Positions 25,761-38,269 of a stretch of DNA of 64,000 nucleotides are shown piece by piece. Position 1 is the stretch's first letter. Each line of letters begins with the position of its first letter. The stretch is from contig NC_043003.1 in assembly GCF_006345805.1 (NCBI RefSeq), positions 61,566,001 to 61,630,000 on the forward strand, in the 5' to 3' direction. The notes beneath the pieces are model-generated. The model made no database searches. It was not told the DNA's origin and was given only the letters and a program-made list of their open reading frames with translations. Source of the stretch: Octopus sinensis (lineage: Eukaryota). The position numbers were made by a program, and so were the translations under genes.

Positions 25761-26249
25761 ATACATATTATACCAAACTGGATTTGAACTAGAACATTTA
25801 TTTCCAAACAAAGGAAAGTAAAGTTCTTATCAATTATGTAATTGATGGCAAGCTGGCAGAATGGTTAGCATACTGAGCAAAATTCTTAGTTGCATTTTGT
25901 TTGTCTGTATGTTATGAGTTCAAATTCTGACACGGTTGACTTTGCCTTTCATCTGTTCAGGGTTGATAAAATAAGTACCAGTTACACACTGCGGTTGATG
26001 TAACTAACTTATCCCTTTCCTCAAAACTGCTGGCCTTGTGCCAAAATTTGAAACAAATCATCCAACTGATGCTTATACAGGAATTAGTAGTATCATCTGA
26101 AAAATTATATATTTATATTAACAATAACACATCACAGACATTTGAATGCTTAAATACTTAGTATTGTTAAAGCAGTTTGGGGAATTCAAGCTCTCAGATT
26201 TAGAGAGGGAGGGAGGGAGGGAGGGAGAGAGAGAGAGAAAGAAAGAGAG

Positions 26250-26300
<51 letters not shown>

Positions 26301-26489
26301 TGTGTCTGTGTACATGTGCATGCATGTGAATGTGGGTGTTGGAAACTGGGGAATTATGATAGAATTTTAGTTGGATGCTGAGATCACATGCTGTTTTGTA
26401 TTCATCATTTCCTTAACAGCAATTCTAAATATCTTCATGTATACAATTCATTAAGTCTATACAAAATTTATATACATTTATATACAGAA

Positions 26490-26495
26490 TTTATT
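26490..26495 (-). promoter_or_regulatory. Candidate polyadenylation signal AATAAA for TCEANC2
   Basis: First AATAAA I see on the minus strand after the stop codon, ~180 nt downstream. The sequence is AT-rich, so chance occurrence is likely. Confidence 0.3.
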
Positions 26496-26675
26496 AATAT
26501 GTTGCTTGATTTCTTACATAATTTTCCAATACAAACAATACAGTTATTATGTGTTAAAATTTTACAGATGTAGTACAGATGGGTATAGACTTTATATGTA
26601 TGAACAATAGACAAGTATGTAGAAGGAAATTGTTTTGGTCAAATAGTTCAGATGAATGTAGAAAGCATTCAATTA

Positions 26676-26876
26676 TCAAACTGTTGGCAATTTTCCAGCA
26701 ATTTCTTGCACTAATTCACTTGGAGTTATTGATCTTGATAATAGATTCCTTTGGGTTTCCTTTGACTTCAATGCAAAAACTAACTTTCTGGAAATTTTTT
26801 GGTACTGATTATTAACCAGCTTTTTACAGTGGGAAAACACACTGGATTCAAGATCACAAACCAATTTAGAGTTACT
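26676..26876 (-). CDS. TCEANC2: Terminal coding exon of the TCEANC2 orthologue (TFIIS central-domain-like region plus stop)
   Basis: Acceptor tttctaattacAG, phase 0, matches the upstream phase-0 donor. Translation SNSKLVCDLESSVFSHCKKLVNNQYQKISRKLVFALKSKETQRNLLSRSITPSELVQEIAGKLPTV* resembles recalled human [35 protein letters not shown]. Overlaps track ORF 26676..26864. Confidence 0.83.
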   Translation of the reverse strand, partial: SNSKLVCDLESSVFSHCKKLVNNQYQKISRKLVFALKSKETQRNLLSRSITPSELVQEIAGKLPTV

Positions 26877-27239
26877 CTGTAATTAGAAAGTAAGAAATAA
26901 TAATTTTAAAAAAATGTAAAATGATATTAAAAATACTATATGACACCACCACCAGTTCCACCATCACCATCAATGTCATTTATTCTCATCTGTCAATTCC
27001 AAAACCACATTAAATTTTCACAAAACTATTATACGCATACACAACAAAAAAAAAAAGAAAAATGAAAAATAAAAAGCTCTTAATTAAGAACTTGAAAGTA
27101 TTCAAAACATCTTTAAATTACTGAAGTTTAAAATAATTCACAATGTTGCTATAACTTCCATATACATATATAAATGCATAATACATATACATAATTACAG
27201 TCATATGTGTGTGTATGTGTATAGGCATAGATGAAATTA

Positions 27240-29540
27240 CTGCAACACACTTTAGGAAACCAGCCAACCATCTCATTACCTACCAATCTGGCGAATACAC
27301 AAGTCAGATTATTTTCTCATTAGAAAAAGGAACAGAGAGGCTACAGTAAATATGAAAACCTTTCCATCTGAAGAATGCACTACACAATATAGATAAGTGA
27401 CTAGTGACTTTCAGAGTCAGATATGTGTAAACACAGAAACAAAAAACAACATGGAAATGGAAGAAATGGACACTAAAAGATCCTGCAATTGTGAAGAGAT
27501 TTAAATACCTATAACACAGATGACAATTGGGAAGCTCTATGAAATAATCTGTTTAATCCTTTTGTTACCATATTTCTGTTGAGATGCTCTGTGTTTCTTT
27601 CAGCTAATTTTAAATGTAACAAAAAATTTAGTAAAATAACTTGGTTATCATTAAGCTAGTGTTAGGAACATAAATTGTGTCTAAAGTTTGGTGGAATATT
27701 TTTTAATTCAGAACTTATGGAAACAAGACATCTTTACTATAGAGCCACGGGTAGTTTCAGCTGGGTTGGTATCAAAAGGATTAAGGCTAAAGAACAGGCA
27801 TGTGGCTGGAGCAAAGTCCAAGCCAAGCTGAAAGCAAAATGGTAGTGGAATAATATTGCTGATAGAAAGGGTTAAGAGACTGGCTTGGAAAACCTGGAAG
27901 GTAAGTAGTTACAGGGAGTGTTACCAAAGGGCAACTAGGCAACAGCTATATTTGGCTGAGGGTGAGGCGGAAAAGAAGAGATTTGCACATGCCCTGCAGT
28001 GTGAGGATCAAAGATGTGAGGTGTTCAGGATTGTGAAAGAATGTGTGAGAGAAAAACAAGATGTCATTGGTAAGAAGTGTATTTGGAATGATGAAGGCAT
28101 ACTTGCCATTGATACAGAAGAGAAAATAGTTGTGAGGAAGAGCTATAAATAAGAAGCTGCTGAATGTGAAAAACACACAGGATAAACAGGGACTATCTCA
28201 TGCTCACCCTACTGAGTGAGCAGTAATTCAAGTAGATAAAGCAGTGAAGGAGATAAAGGAGAAAGCTGAAGCTCTGTCAAGGACAGTTGTAGAGATGCTC
28301 AAAATATCCAGTGAGGTAAGGCATGTGATTACGATCTGGAAAGCAAATTACATTATGAAAGAAGGAGTTATATTCAATAGCTGGCAAAGCAGTATCATTA
28401 TAAACTGCCACAGAAGCAATGGAGATGCCTTAGAGAGGTGCAACTATCAAGGAATCAAACTACTGGATCAGATTATGAAGGTTATAGAGAGAGTCATAAC
28501 ACAATTGATTCAGATCAGGTACAGCTTGGATGCATGCCTGGAAGTACCATGGATGCAATCTTCCTAGTGAGGTAACTTTATGATAAATACTTGGCAAAGA
28601 GTAAACCATTATTCATTATTCTTGTCATTTGTTAACTCAGAGAAGATATTTGACAGGGTACCACATACAGTAATCTGGTGGCTACTAAGGAAACTAGGAG
28701 TAGATGAAGAGCTTGCGAGAGTGATGCAAGTTATGTACAATGATGCAGTAAGTAAAGTGAGAGTCAGCAATAAATTTAGCATGAAAGTAAGAGTCCATCA
28801 AAGTCCCGTCCTCAGTCTTCTCCCATTCATCAAAGTCCTACAAGCCATATTAGAGGAGTTTAAGACTGGTTGTCCTCAGGAACTCCTATACACTGATGTT
28901 CTAGTTATCATGGCTGAATCTACAGGCAAATTTGAGAGGAAATTCCAGGCATGAAAGCTAAACCAAGGATCAATCAGGCTTAAGGCAAACTTAGCAAAGA
29001 TAAAGGACTTTGTAAGTAAGAAATAAGTTAGAATCCTGGTACCTTCAGGGAAATAGCCTTGCTTGAAATGCATTAAAGGAGTTGGTGTAAACTCCAAATA
29101 CAGTACTCAAGTAAGTTATGGACATACAAGAGATGTAGCAGAGTTACAGGCAGGCTAGCCTCATACGTGATTAGATGCACAGGAGCAGCGTGTACTATGA
29201 GCGCACCAGAAACAGATTCTCTTAAATAGCTGGATAGCTCACTAAAAGTAATTGATAGCGTTTGTTGCCAAGTAGATGTAATTAGCAAAGGGGTAGTTGC
29301 TCTGCAAATATATTGGCCAGAGTAAATACAGATTGGAGAAAGTTCAGAGAGCAAATGCTGCTGTTGGCAACAAAGGCATTTTTCCCTTTGGAGTGAAGGG
29401 CAGATTGTATGACACTTGTGTTAGAACTTCAATACAGTATGATAGTGAAACATGGGTCTTGAATGCAGAGGATCTGAGAAGACTGGAAAGAAATGAAGTA
29501 AGCATGCTCTGTTGGATATGCAATTTAAATGTTTATGAAT
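27240..29540 (+). mobile_element. Old degenerate RTE LINE (APE end, RT, C-terminus)
   Basis: THFRKPANHLITYQSG, DALERCNYQGIKLLDQIMKV, EKIFDRVP, ELLYTDVLVIMAE, YDSETWVLNAEDLRRLERNE, with many stops and frameshifts. Confidence 0.8.
27553..27784 (+). mobile_element. piggyBac-type MITE family A inserted in the RTE
   Basis: TTAA at both ends; TIR tccttttgttacc / ggtatcaaaagga; matches 56499-56727. Confidence 0.8.
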
Positions 29541-29544
29541 GACA

Positions 29545-29850
29545 GACAAATGCGAAAAGGGTCCAACTATTCAAGGAGCACAACTATTCAACTCTATTCC
29601 GGTACATGTCAGAAATCTATCAGGATGCAGTGTGGAATCATTCAAATTGCAGCTGGATAGATACTTAAGCACCATTAGAGATGAACCCCATCTCCCAGGA
29701 TATACACAACGAGCACAAACTGACTCAAACTCGCTCCTACACATGTCAAAATTAAACAGAGAATACAACCTGGCAACCACACCAGACTCTGAGGGTGGAG
29801 TCTTCGACTTGGCCTGAGCATGGACTCAAACTCAAATGAAATGAAATAAG
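29545..29850 (+). mobile_element. 3' end of a second CR1 family
   Basis: GAQLFNSIPVHVRNLSGCSVESFKLQLDRYLSTIRDEP...SNSL, with a (GAAAT)n tail. Confidence 0.75.
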
Positions 29851-29939
29851 CGTTCACATAATAATTTGATTTCTTATGGTTAAATTTATGTAGGCTTTAC
29901 CATCTAATTTTTTAAATTAACCATTAGGCTTCCATGTCA

Positions 29940-31110
29940 GCCATGTGTTGATTTTTTTTTTTGAGGCCTGTGTTTTTTACATGTTTATTTTAGCCTTGTG
30001 TTGCAATATGAGTAAGGCTTTCATGATTTGTCTTCTATTTCTGTATTTTATAGAAAATATATTATTCACTAGTATTTTTCTAACATTGTGGTGTGTGATA
30101 TAGTGTGTTGTGATTGATCTTTGTAAATGCACAGTGAGCATATGAGAGAGTTCTGTATTTATATGGCCTATATAACAGCAGAAGTCCTGAAGTTTACAAC
30201 TTTCAGTTTTACAATCAAATTTATAGATTACATTGGTCATTAGCAGCTTGTTCTCATGTTTACATGATTGAAGTGTATTATTGACAAGGAGGTTTTGATT
30301 TTAGCATTTTTTGTAGTATACTACTAATTTCAGTTTACAATTAGAAGAATTTTGCTTTTCATTTTATGAGGTTTCTGATTATGTATTTGTCTGTTCAATA
30401 GTTGTTATGCATTTGATTCATATAATAAATGTTATGCGTAACTTGTGTATTTTTATTGAATGTGCCCACTGGTGTATTTGTTGTAGTGTACTTGTGTCAG
30501 TATTCTGTTGTAGCTAGGTCTGGTAGTCTGCTGGAATATTTGTTTCTAATTAATGTTTCATTCTGTGGATTTCTTTCCCTTTCTTGTGGACAAGAATTTA
30601 AATTCTCTTCTGAGTAGTGATTTTACCACTAACATCTTACAGTTGTGTGGGCATTCACTGACTTCTTGTGGATGCATGCATTTGTTTGATTCTTTAGTGT
30701 ATACTGAAGTCTTGGGTCTTTTCTTTGATCTTTATATTTACACCTAAAAAGCAGAGTCTCATTTGTATTATTCAGGTTGTTAAATTTTCTCAAAGTCTTC
30801 TTTTAGTTTCTCAATCACATTCTCTACTGTGCATAGGTAGAGTGCTGCAAACATAGATTCTAAGGAAGACCTCATGGCTACGCCATCTATTTGTTTGTAC
30901 ACTGGGCAGAAATCTTCTTCAATGAGTAGAAAGTAAGTAAAACCCATTTGTGCATTTATCACTGTAATTAATATAATTTTACTTTTTGTTGTTGGATGTT
31001 ATATTTCTGAACCTTAAAGAATTTGCCTTTGTCTCTTAAGTAAATTATTAATTTTTGTATTATACCTGTTTCAATCCATGACGATAGACATATTACTTTT
31101 GTCATCCATA
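29940..31110 (-). mobile_element. Penelope-like element remnant (RT plus GIY-YIG endonuclease)
   Basis: DKSNMSIVMD, YKQIDGVAMRSSL (Penelope RT QxDGVAMGSP motif) and NVIYKFDC...C...YIGHINTELS...HLQ...IMKALLI...IN (GIY-YIG pattern). Confidence 0.82.
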
Positions 31111-31193
31111 AAAATTTTATGTTGTCATTTTTTAAGCCATACTGTACTTTTTAAAGTTTATTATTTTGTGAGACTATTTTTATTACATTCACC

Positions 31194-31230
<37 letters not shown>

Positions 31231-31234
<4 letters not shown>

Positions 31235-31385
31235 GTTGGACAGGCTGGCATGGGTTGAATGCCAGCCCATCCAACCCATGCCAGACTGTCCAACCCATGT
31301 CAATTGTCCAACCCATGCCAGCCCGACCAACCCATGCCAGCATGGAAAGCGGATGCTAAATGATGATGATGATGATGATGATGAT
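31231..31385 (+). repeat. RTE tail with the CCAACCCATG motif repeated four times plus two inverted copies
   Basis: Read directly; ends gcatggaaagcggatgctaaa(tga)n. Confidence 0.8.
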
Positions 31386-33903
31386 ATATATACACACACT
31401 TACACATATATATAAACATGCATATGTGTATGTGCATGTACATTTAGTAATTAGACACATGTGAGCCTCACAAGGTATGTCTTAATTCATTAATTGAGAC
31501 ATTTTTTTACAGAGAGTGCTCTAAAACTAATTAAAAATCAGTAGTGACTATGATCAATGATAACATGAAATAAATAAACAGAAAAGAATTCAAATATACC
31601 TAAAAAGAAAACGAACTTATACTCAGCTAACTAATGGTAACCATCTGAGGCATCTAACTATTTCTGAGTTAAGTGACTTCTTCAACCAGTGTAGATAAAA
31701 AGCAGGTTCCTGTGAAGCCTTGCTGTAAATATTACTCAACAGCCATAACTGGTTTTAATATAAAGCAACCGAAGCATACAAGAAGAATGAAGCGAGAATA
31801 TTTATATACAATCCCCTCTACCAAAAAAACAAAAAACAAAAAAAAAAAACAGAAAAGAACATACACACACACACACACAAACCATATGCAAATATGTTAG
31901 CTGATCCACCTGTTATATCTGAGATTAGCAAGTTTGAAATTACATAAATAGTTACAAAAACATCAAATTTTATTAACAGGTAAATAATTTTTAAAACCTT
32001 TTCTTTGAACAAAAATGTTCATTTTACTTCCCCTTAAATATGATATATTACTTTGAGGTAAAAATAAAAAGCTTTTATCGTTATATTCTGTATTATTAAA
32101 ACACATAAATTTAAATTTTAATGAAAAATATAATTGGAGCTTTGGATTCCAGTCAAGCAGTAACTTTTAACTGTACAAACCGTGCTGATATTCTTTTTGT
32201 CTTTTATGCTTTACCTGTTTTAGTCTCTGGACTGTGGCCATGCTGGGCTACCACCTTGGAGGGTTTTAGTCAGAGAAACTTATGCTTTTAAGGATCAGTA
32301 CTCATTCTATCAGTGTTTATTGCTGCTAGCAATAGGTTTGTGTTTTCTCTCAGGAGACAGAAAGTGTTGCATCCTTTATAGTGAGAATGAGAAGAGACAG
32401 AGCAAGAGAGAAAAAAAGAGAAAGTGAGAGAAAGAGTGTGTGTGTGTGTGTGTGGTGTGAGAGAGAGAGAGAGAGAGAGAGATAGAGGATGATGTGCAAG
32501 TTTGAAGTTCAAATACAATGTGTGTATATGTGTGTATGGTGTGTGTGTGTATAAAGTAAACACAAATGCTATTTAAAATTTATGACAACTGTTTTGGTAG
32601 AATTTATTTATTTAATGCAGTCCTAAAAGATTATATCATAATTCATAATCCAATGTCATCAGGTAAAATTTTGGAAGGTAAGGTTTGAGAGAGAGAGAGA
32701 GAGAGAGAGTCTAACCCATGCAAGGATGTGAAAATGGATATGAAACAAATGAACAAACATGCACAGCAGACATAGAAGCATTAGCTCCTGTTACAATTAG
32801 TTGCAAAATCACATAATAGTACATAAAAGATACCGGAGTCCATTTCATCAGACTCCACTGATTTGTTGTATACCTAGCTCACTCATGTTGTGAACTTAAG
32901 CACACAAAAAAAAAACTTGAAGGTTTAGTAGCGACTCCAAGAGACCTGACTCTTGGACTCCAAGAGACCTTAGTGGGCCTCTACATTAGATAAATGTTGC
33001 TTGATTACAAGTATTTGCTTTGAAAACCTGATTTTATATACTAGTAAAGACTGAACAGTGAGGTAGAATTTTAAGGCTAGATGCATCTCTTGTCAGCAAC
33101 CCTTATCTGTTTTTCAAGTTAGGGAGGTTTTCTTCTACAAATCTTTGAAAGTACGGAACAACCACTCATAATACCAACAAGGTACGTCACCATTATCAGC
33201 ATTTCACTCATGCTGTGACAAACATGAAATGATAACATTCATACACATTCACATACACACATGATGAGCTTCCTACAGTTTCCTACTTGTTAATTCACCC
33301 AGAAGGCATCAGTGAGCTAAGGGCTATGGTGAGAGATACTTGCCACAGGATCTATGGAATAGGATAAAACTTGAAACTATTCAATCACATTATATATAAT
33401 CTCATTAATGAAGCATAGTTTAACTGTTGCTTCAGAGCTTAGAATAACTAGAGGAATATACAGGTTTTTCTATAAATGAACACTAATTGGCATAATAACT
33501 TTAAAAAAAGAGCAGGAAAAATTTACTCAGGAACACTTGATTAATGATTTAAAATTTCTTAATAGTGTAGGCATAGCTGCATGGTTAAGAACCTTGGTTC
33601 CCAATCATGAGGTCTTGAATTCAGTCCTACTTGACAGTACCTTGAGTGTTTTCTACAAATGGCCCAAGCCAACTAAAGCATTGTGAGTGGATTTGGTAGA
33701 TGGAAACTGAAAGAAACCTGTATATTATATATATATATATATAAATTTAAATAGAGGTTAAAAAAACCACCTCAAGAGATAGAAAATACCCAATGAATTG
33801 CTGGTTTGTTACACATTATTTTGTTGTAAATAGTAATATTCCTAAAATATAGGTTTAAATATAAATCTTGGTTTATAAATATTCAAATTAAAATTCAGAA
33901 AGT

Positions 33904-34019
33904 GAAGTAGTATTAATATAATTTATTAACTGCAAAAATTCAACATGTGCACTTACAGCTGTTTCGGTTTTGAACCTGTTGAATTTTTAGCTGTTCATAA
34001 ATTATATTAATACTACTTC
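33904..34019. repeat. ~42 bp imperfect inverted repeat enclosing a hammerhead half-motif
   Basis: gaagtagtattaatataatttat...aaaaattcaaca and tgttgaattttt...ataaattatattaatactacttc. The spacer on the minus strand reads GGTT-caa-AACC-GAAAC-AGCT-GTA. Confidence 0.7.
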
Positions 34020-34124
34020 TCCATTTTATGGATTATGGATTTTAATTTGTATGTGTGTGTATATATTTATTTATTTTTTTTATTTATCTAGTTTCAGCTC
34101 ACTAGCTGTGGCCATGCTGGGGCA

Positions 34125-34201
<77 letters not shown>

Positions 34202-34218
34202 ATATATGTATATATATG

Positions 34219-34555
34219 TGAAGGCGCATGGCTCAGTGGTTAGAGCGTCGAGCTTACGATCGTGAGGTTGTGAGCTCGAATCCCGGACCGGGCTGCGTGT
34301 TGTGTTCTTGAGCAAGACACTTTATTTCACGTTGCTCCAGTTCACTCAGCTGTAGAAATGAGTTGCGACGTCACAGGTGCCAAGCTGTATCGACCTTTGT
34401 CTTTCCCTTGGATAACACTGTGGCGTGGAGAGGGGAGGCCGGTATGCATGGCGACTACTGTCTTCCATAAAACAACCTTGCCAGACTTGTGCCTCAGAGG
34501 GTAACTCTCTAGGTGCAAACCCATGGTCACTCATGACCGAAGGGGTCTTTACCCT

Positions 34556-34557
<2 letters not shown>
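34219..34557 (+). mobile_element. SINE family C, well-preserved tRNA-derived copy in a (TA)n tract
   Basis: A box TGGCTCAGTGG, B box GCTCGAATCC, then tgttcttgagcaagacactttatttcac. Degenerate relatives at 51140, 57130, 59715, 60065 (+) and 11580, 44600, 53560, 55810, 63060 (-). Confidence 0.85.
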
Positions 34558-34602
<45 letters not shown>

Positions 34603-35940
34603 GATATTATTCAGTTATTTCGATTTCTGGCCAAGTGAGAAACAGCTGGTTTCTAACCTAGATCTAAGACTCCTTCATTGGCATTTCAACATCAACAGGG
34701 TAGTTGTGCATGTTTGTGTGTATGTGTGCAATATTTAAAGTCAGTGCATGTGCAGAGTTATGTGTGTGTATGTGTATGCATGTATGTGTTTGTAACTAGT
34801 TATTATGTGATGGTTGAAAATCATCACATCCACCACTAACACCACCACCACCACCATCATCATCATCATGCAAGTGAGACTCTTCATTTTCAGTTTCAGA
34901 TGAAAACGTGTCTGACTAACAGGTGATAGTCAGCAACAGCAAGGGCATCCAGCTGTAAAAATTTGCACCTCAACAAATTCTGGCCAACCCATGAAAGAAT
35001 GGAAAAACTGAAATTTAAATTATGATGATGTTGATGATGATGGTTTACTACATCAAGTATGTTAGCATCCATTGTCTTATCAACATTTCCTGCAGCAGGC
35101 GTACCTTGGTAATAACAATTTTCTTCACTTATTCTCTTATATATATATATATATATATAAGTATATATGTTTGTGTGTGTGTGTGTGTATACGTGTGTGC
35201 ATAGACCAATTATAAATTCTTTGCTCTGTTTACTGTGAAATGGGAGGTAACTTCCTAAAGAGGTGTAATTAAATGGGCAAACTCAGCTATTCAACAAACC
35301 GAAATCAATAAAATGAATTACAACTTAAGAACCGAGGGAGGAGGGGTAATTGTATTGAAAAAAACCCCTAGAAGGTGTTACCCCAGCATCGCTGCAGTCC
35401 AATGACTGAAACCAGATAAAAAAAAAAAAGGAAAAAAGAAAATAGCAAAAAGGAACTAAATATGAGAGAAATGTCAGTTTTCTTCCAATAACTACAGCAA
35501 AAATTCAACTTACCTTACAGTATATATATATATTAATGAAAAATACAATAAAAATCAGATATAAAAATACATTTTATCTTTATCTATTCTTAGTGTCATT
35601 TCAATGTTCTAGTTTGCAATCAGATAAAATTTTAGTCAATTTTTAGCTGGAAGCACCAAAAAAAAAAGCAAAAAAAAAAAACAAAAAAAAAAACAAAAGC
35701 ATCTCATTCTTTTATGATTCCTCTTAAATAATATTTTTCTGAACAATCAGTTTATGTAATCTTAATTTACCTTACATTAACTGCAATTTTATTACACTTT
35801 TTTTTTTCCACACGACATATTTCATTGTCTAAATACTGTTCTTTGGTTTATTAGATATTCTTTAGTTCCAAAGTGGTTGGCAGTGATAGTGGTAGTAGTA
35901 GTGGCTGTAACTTGCCATCTTGCCATCATCACATTGTTGT

Positions 35941-35984
<44 letters not shown>

Positions 35985-36310
35985 TGACTGCAGCTATGCT
36001 GGAGCACCGCCTTTACTCGAGGAAATCAACCCCAGGACTTATTCTTTGCAAGCCTAGTACTTATTCTTTCGGTCTCTTTTGCTGAACCGCTAAGTTATGG
36101 GGATAAACACAGACACACAAACACACACATATATATACATATACATATATACGACGGGCTTCTTTCAGTTTCCATCTACCAAATCCACTTACAAGGCTTT
36201 GTTTGGCTCAAGGCTATAGTAGAAGACACTTGCCCAAGGTGATACACAGTGGGACTGAACCAGAACCATGTGGTTTGTAAGCAAGCTACTTACCACACAG
36301 TCACTCCTTC
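35985..36310 (-). mobile_element. SINE family A
   Basis: Co-linear with 42932-43350. Confidence 0.85.
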
Positions 36311-36419
36311 TTAGTCAGGTATTTTCAAGTAAAGGTGCATAAGGTGACAAGCTGGCAGTAATGCTAGTGCACTATGCAAACTACTCAGCAGTATTTCGTC
36401 TTTCTTTAAGTTTATAGAT

Positions 36420-36820
36420 GTAAGAGTGGCTGTGTGGTAAGTAGCTTGCTTACGAACTACATGGTTCCGGGTTCAGTCCCACAGCATGGCATCTTGGGCA
36501 AGTGTCTTCTACTATAGCTTCGGGCCAACCAAAACCTTGTAAGTGGATTTGGTAGACGGAAACTGAAAGAAACCTGTCACATATATGTATATACATATAT
36601 ATATGTGTGTATATGTTTGTGTGTCTGTGTTTGTCACCCCAACATCACTTGACAATGGCTACTGGTGTGTTTATGTCCCCGTAACTTAGCGGTTTGGCAA
36701 AAGAGACTGATAGAATAAGTACTAGACTTACAAAGAATAAGACCTGGGTTGATTTTCTCGACTAAAGGTGGTGCTCCAGCATGGCTACAGTCAAATGGCT
36801 GAAACAAGTAAAAGAGTATA
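36420..36820 (+). mobile_element. SINE family A, full length
   Basis: Head gagtggctgtgtggtaagtagc...ggttcagtccc; tail ggtgctccagcatggctacagtcaaatggctgaaacaagtaaaagag. Confidence 0.88.
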
Positions 36821-37103
36821 AAGTAATTAAATGTGTTCAAAATAAATTTCTCGTATTTCAGCCTAAAAATATAATATCAACACATTATCACTTTTAACAT
36901 TCACTTTGAAATGCTTGTATGATTCAGAGAGAGTTTTATGAGGCAGGGTTTCTGCAGTCCGATGCTCTTCGTGTCTTCAACCCTTTCTTGTTTCCATGCA
37001 AGAAAATATTGCCCCATGGCTAGACATGATTTTGCAGAATATTCTAAATGAATGATGTTCATTATCCAAACATCACACAATGACAAGATAAGCAAACACA
37101 AAG

Positions 37104-37134
<31 letters not shown>

Positions 37135-37154
37135 AAGATTTATATACATAAACA

Positions 37155-38045
37155 CATTGGGCAAAGTTCACAGAGCTCCTATCCCTGCTAGTAACAAAGG
37201 GCCTCTCACTCAGAATAAAAGGTACACTGTATGACGCATGTGTGCGAACAGCCATGCTACAGGGCAGTGACTGCTGAGGACATGTGTAAGCTCGCAAGAA
37301 ATGAAGTTAATGTGCTCTGCTGGATGCGTGATGTCAGTGTGCATACACGACAGAGTGTAAGTGCCCTGAGAGAAAAGCTGGACATAAGAAGCATCAGATG
37401 TGGTGGGCAAGAGAGACGACTGCGCTGGTATGGTCATGTGTTGCGTATGGATGAGGACAGCTGTGTGAAAAAGTGTCACACCCTAGCAGTAGAGGGAACC
37501 TGTGGAAGAGGAAAACCCAGGAAAACCTGGGATGAGATGGTGAAGCATGACCTTCAAACGTTGGGCCTCATGGAGGTGATGACAAGTAACCGAGACCTTT
37601 GGAGATATGCTGTGCTTGAGAAGATCCAGCAAGTTAAGTGAGACCATAACTGTAGCCTATGCCAGTGCAGCATAACTGGCCCATTTAAAAGTACCCTTCA
37701 ATCACTAGGCAATAAACTGTGCTTGTGAAGACCTGTTAAGTCTAGTGAAGTCATTGTTGTGGCTGATGACAGTACTGCCTGATTGGCACCAATGTCGGTG
37801 GCACATAAAAAGCTCCATTCTTGTGTGGTTGATGCCAATGCTGCCTGACTGGCCCTCATGCAGTGGCACATAAAAAGTACCCACTACACTCTCAGAGTGG
37901 TTGGCATTAGGAAGGGCATCCAGCTGTAGAAAGTTTGTCAGATCAGATTGGAACCCGGTGCAGCCTTCTGGCTCGCCAGCCCTCAGTTAAACCATCCAAC
38001 CCATGCCATATGGAAAGCAGACATTAAATGACGATGATGATGACA
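37155..38045 (+). mobile_element. RTE LINE 3' portion with 3' UTR and tail
   Basis: RRLRWYGHVLRMDEDSCVKKCHTLAVEGTCGRGKPRKTWDE...WRYAVLEK (track ORF 37231-37641). Confidence 0.88.
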
Positions 38046-38269
38046 TATACATACACACACACACACATATACATACATATCATCATCATCATCATCTTTT
38101 AGCATCTGCTTTCCATGCTGGCATGGGTTGGACAGTTTGACTGAAACTGGTAAGCTGCAGGGCTACACCAGGCATTGCAGCTTGATGCCCTTCCTAATGC
38201 CAACCACTCCAAGAGTGAACACTGAGAGATGTGCAGGTAGTATCCAACCAAACTTCACAGTTTCCCCCA

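Noticed and set aside
31625-31750. Minus-strand frame LWLLSNIYSKASQEPAFYLHWLKKSL... after an ACCAG in the TCEANC2 intron
   Set aside because: No convincing donor, it ends in a stop, and it has no similarity to TCEANC2.
34219-34295. Possible tRNA gene
   Set aside because: It continues into a SINE body found in many degenerate copies here, and the acceptor stem is not intact.
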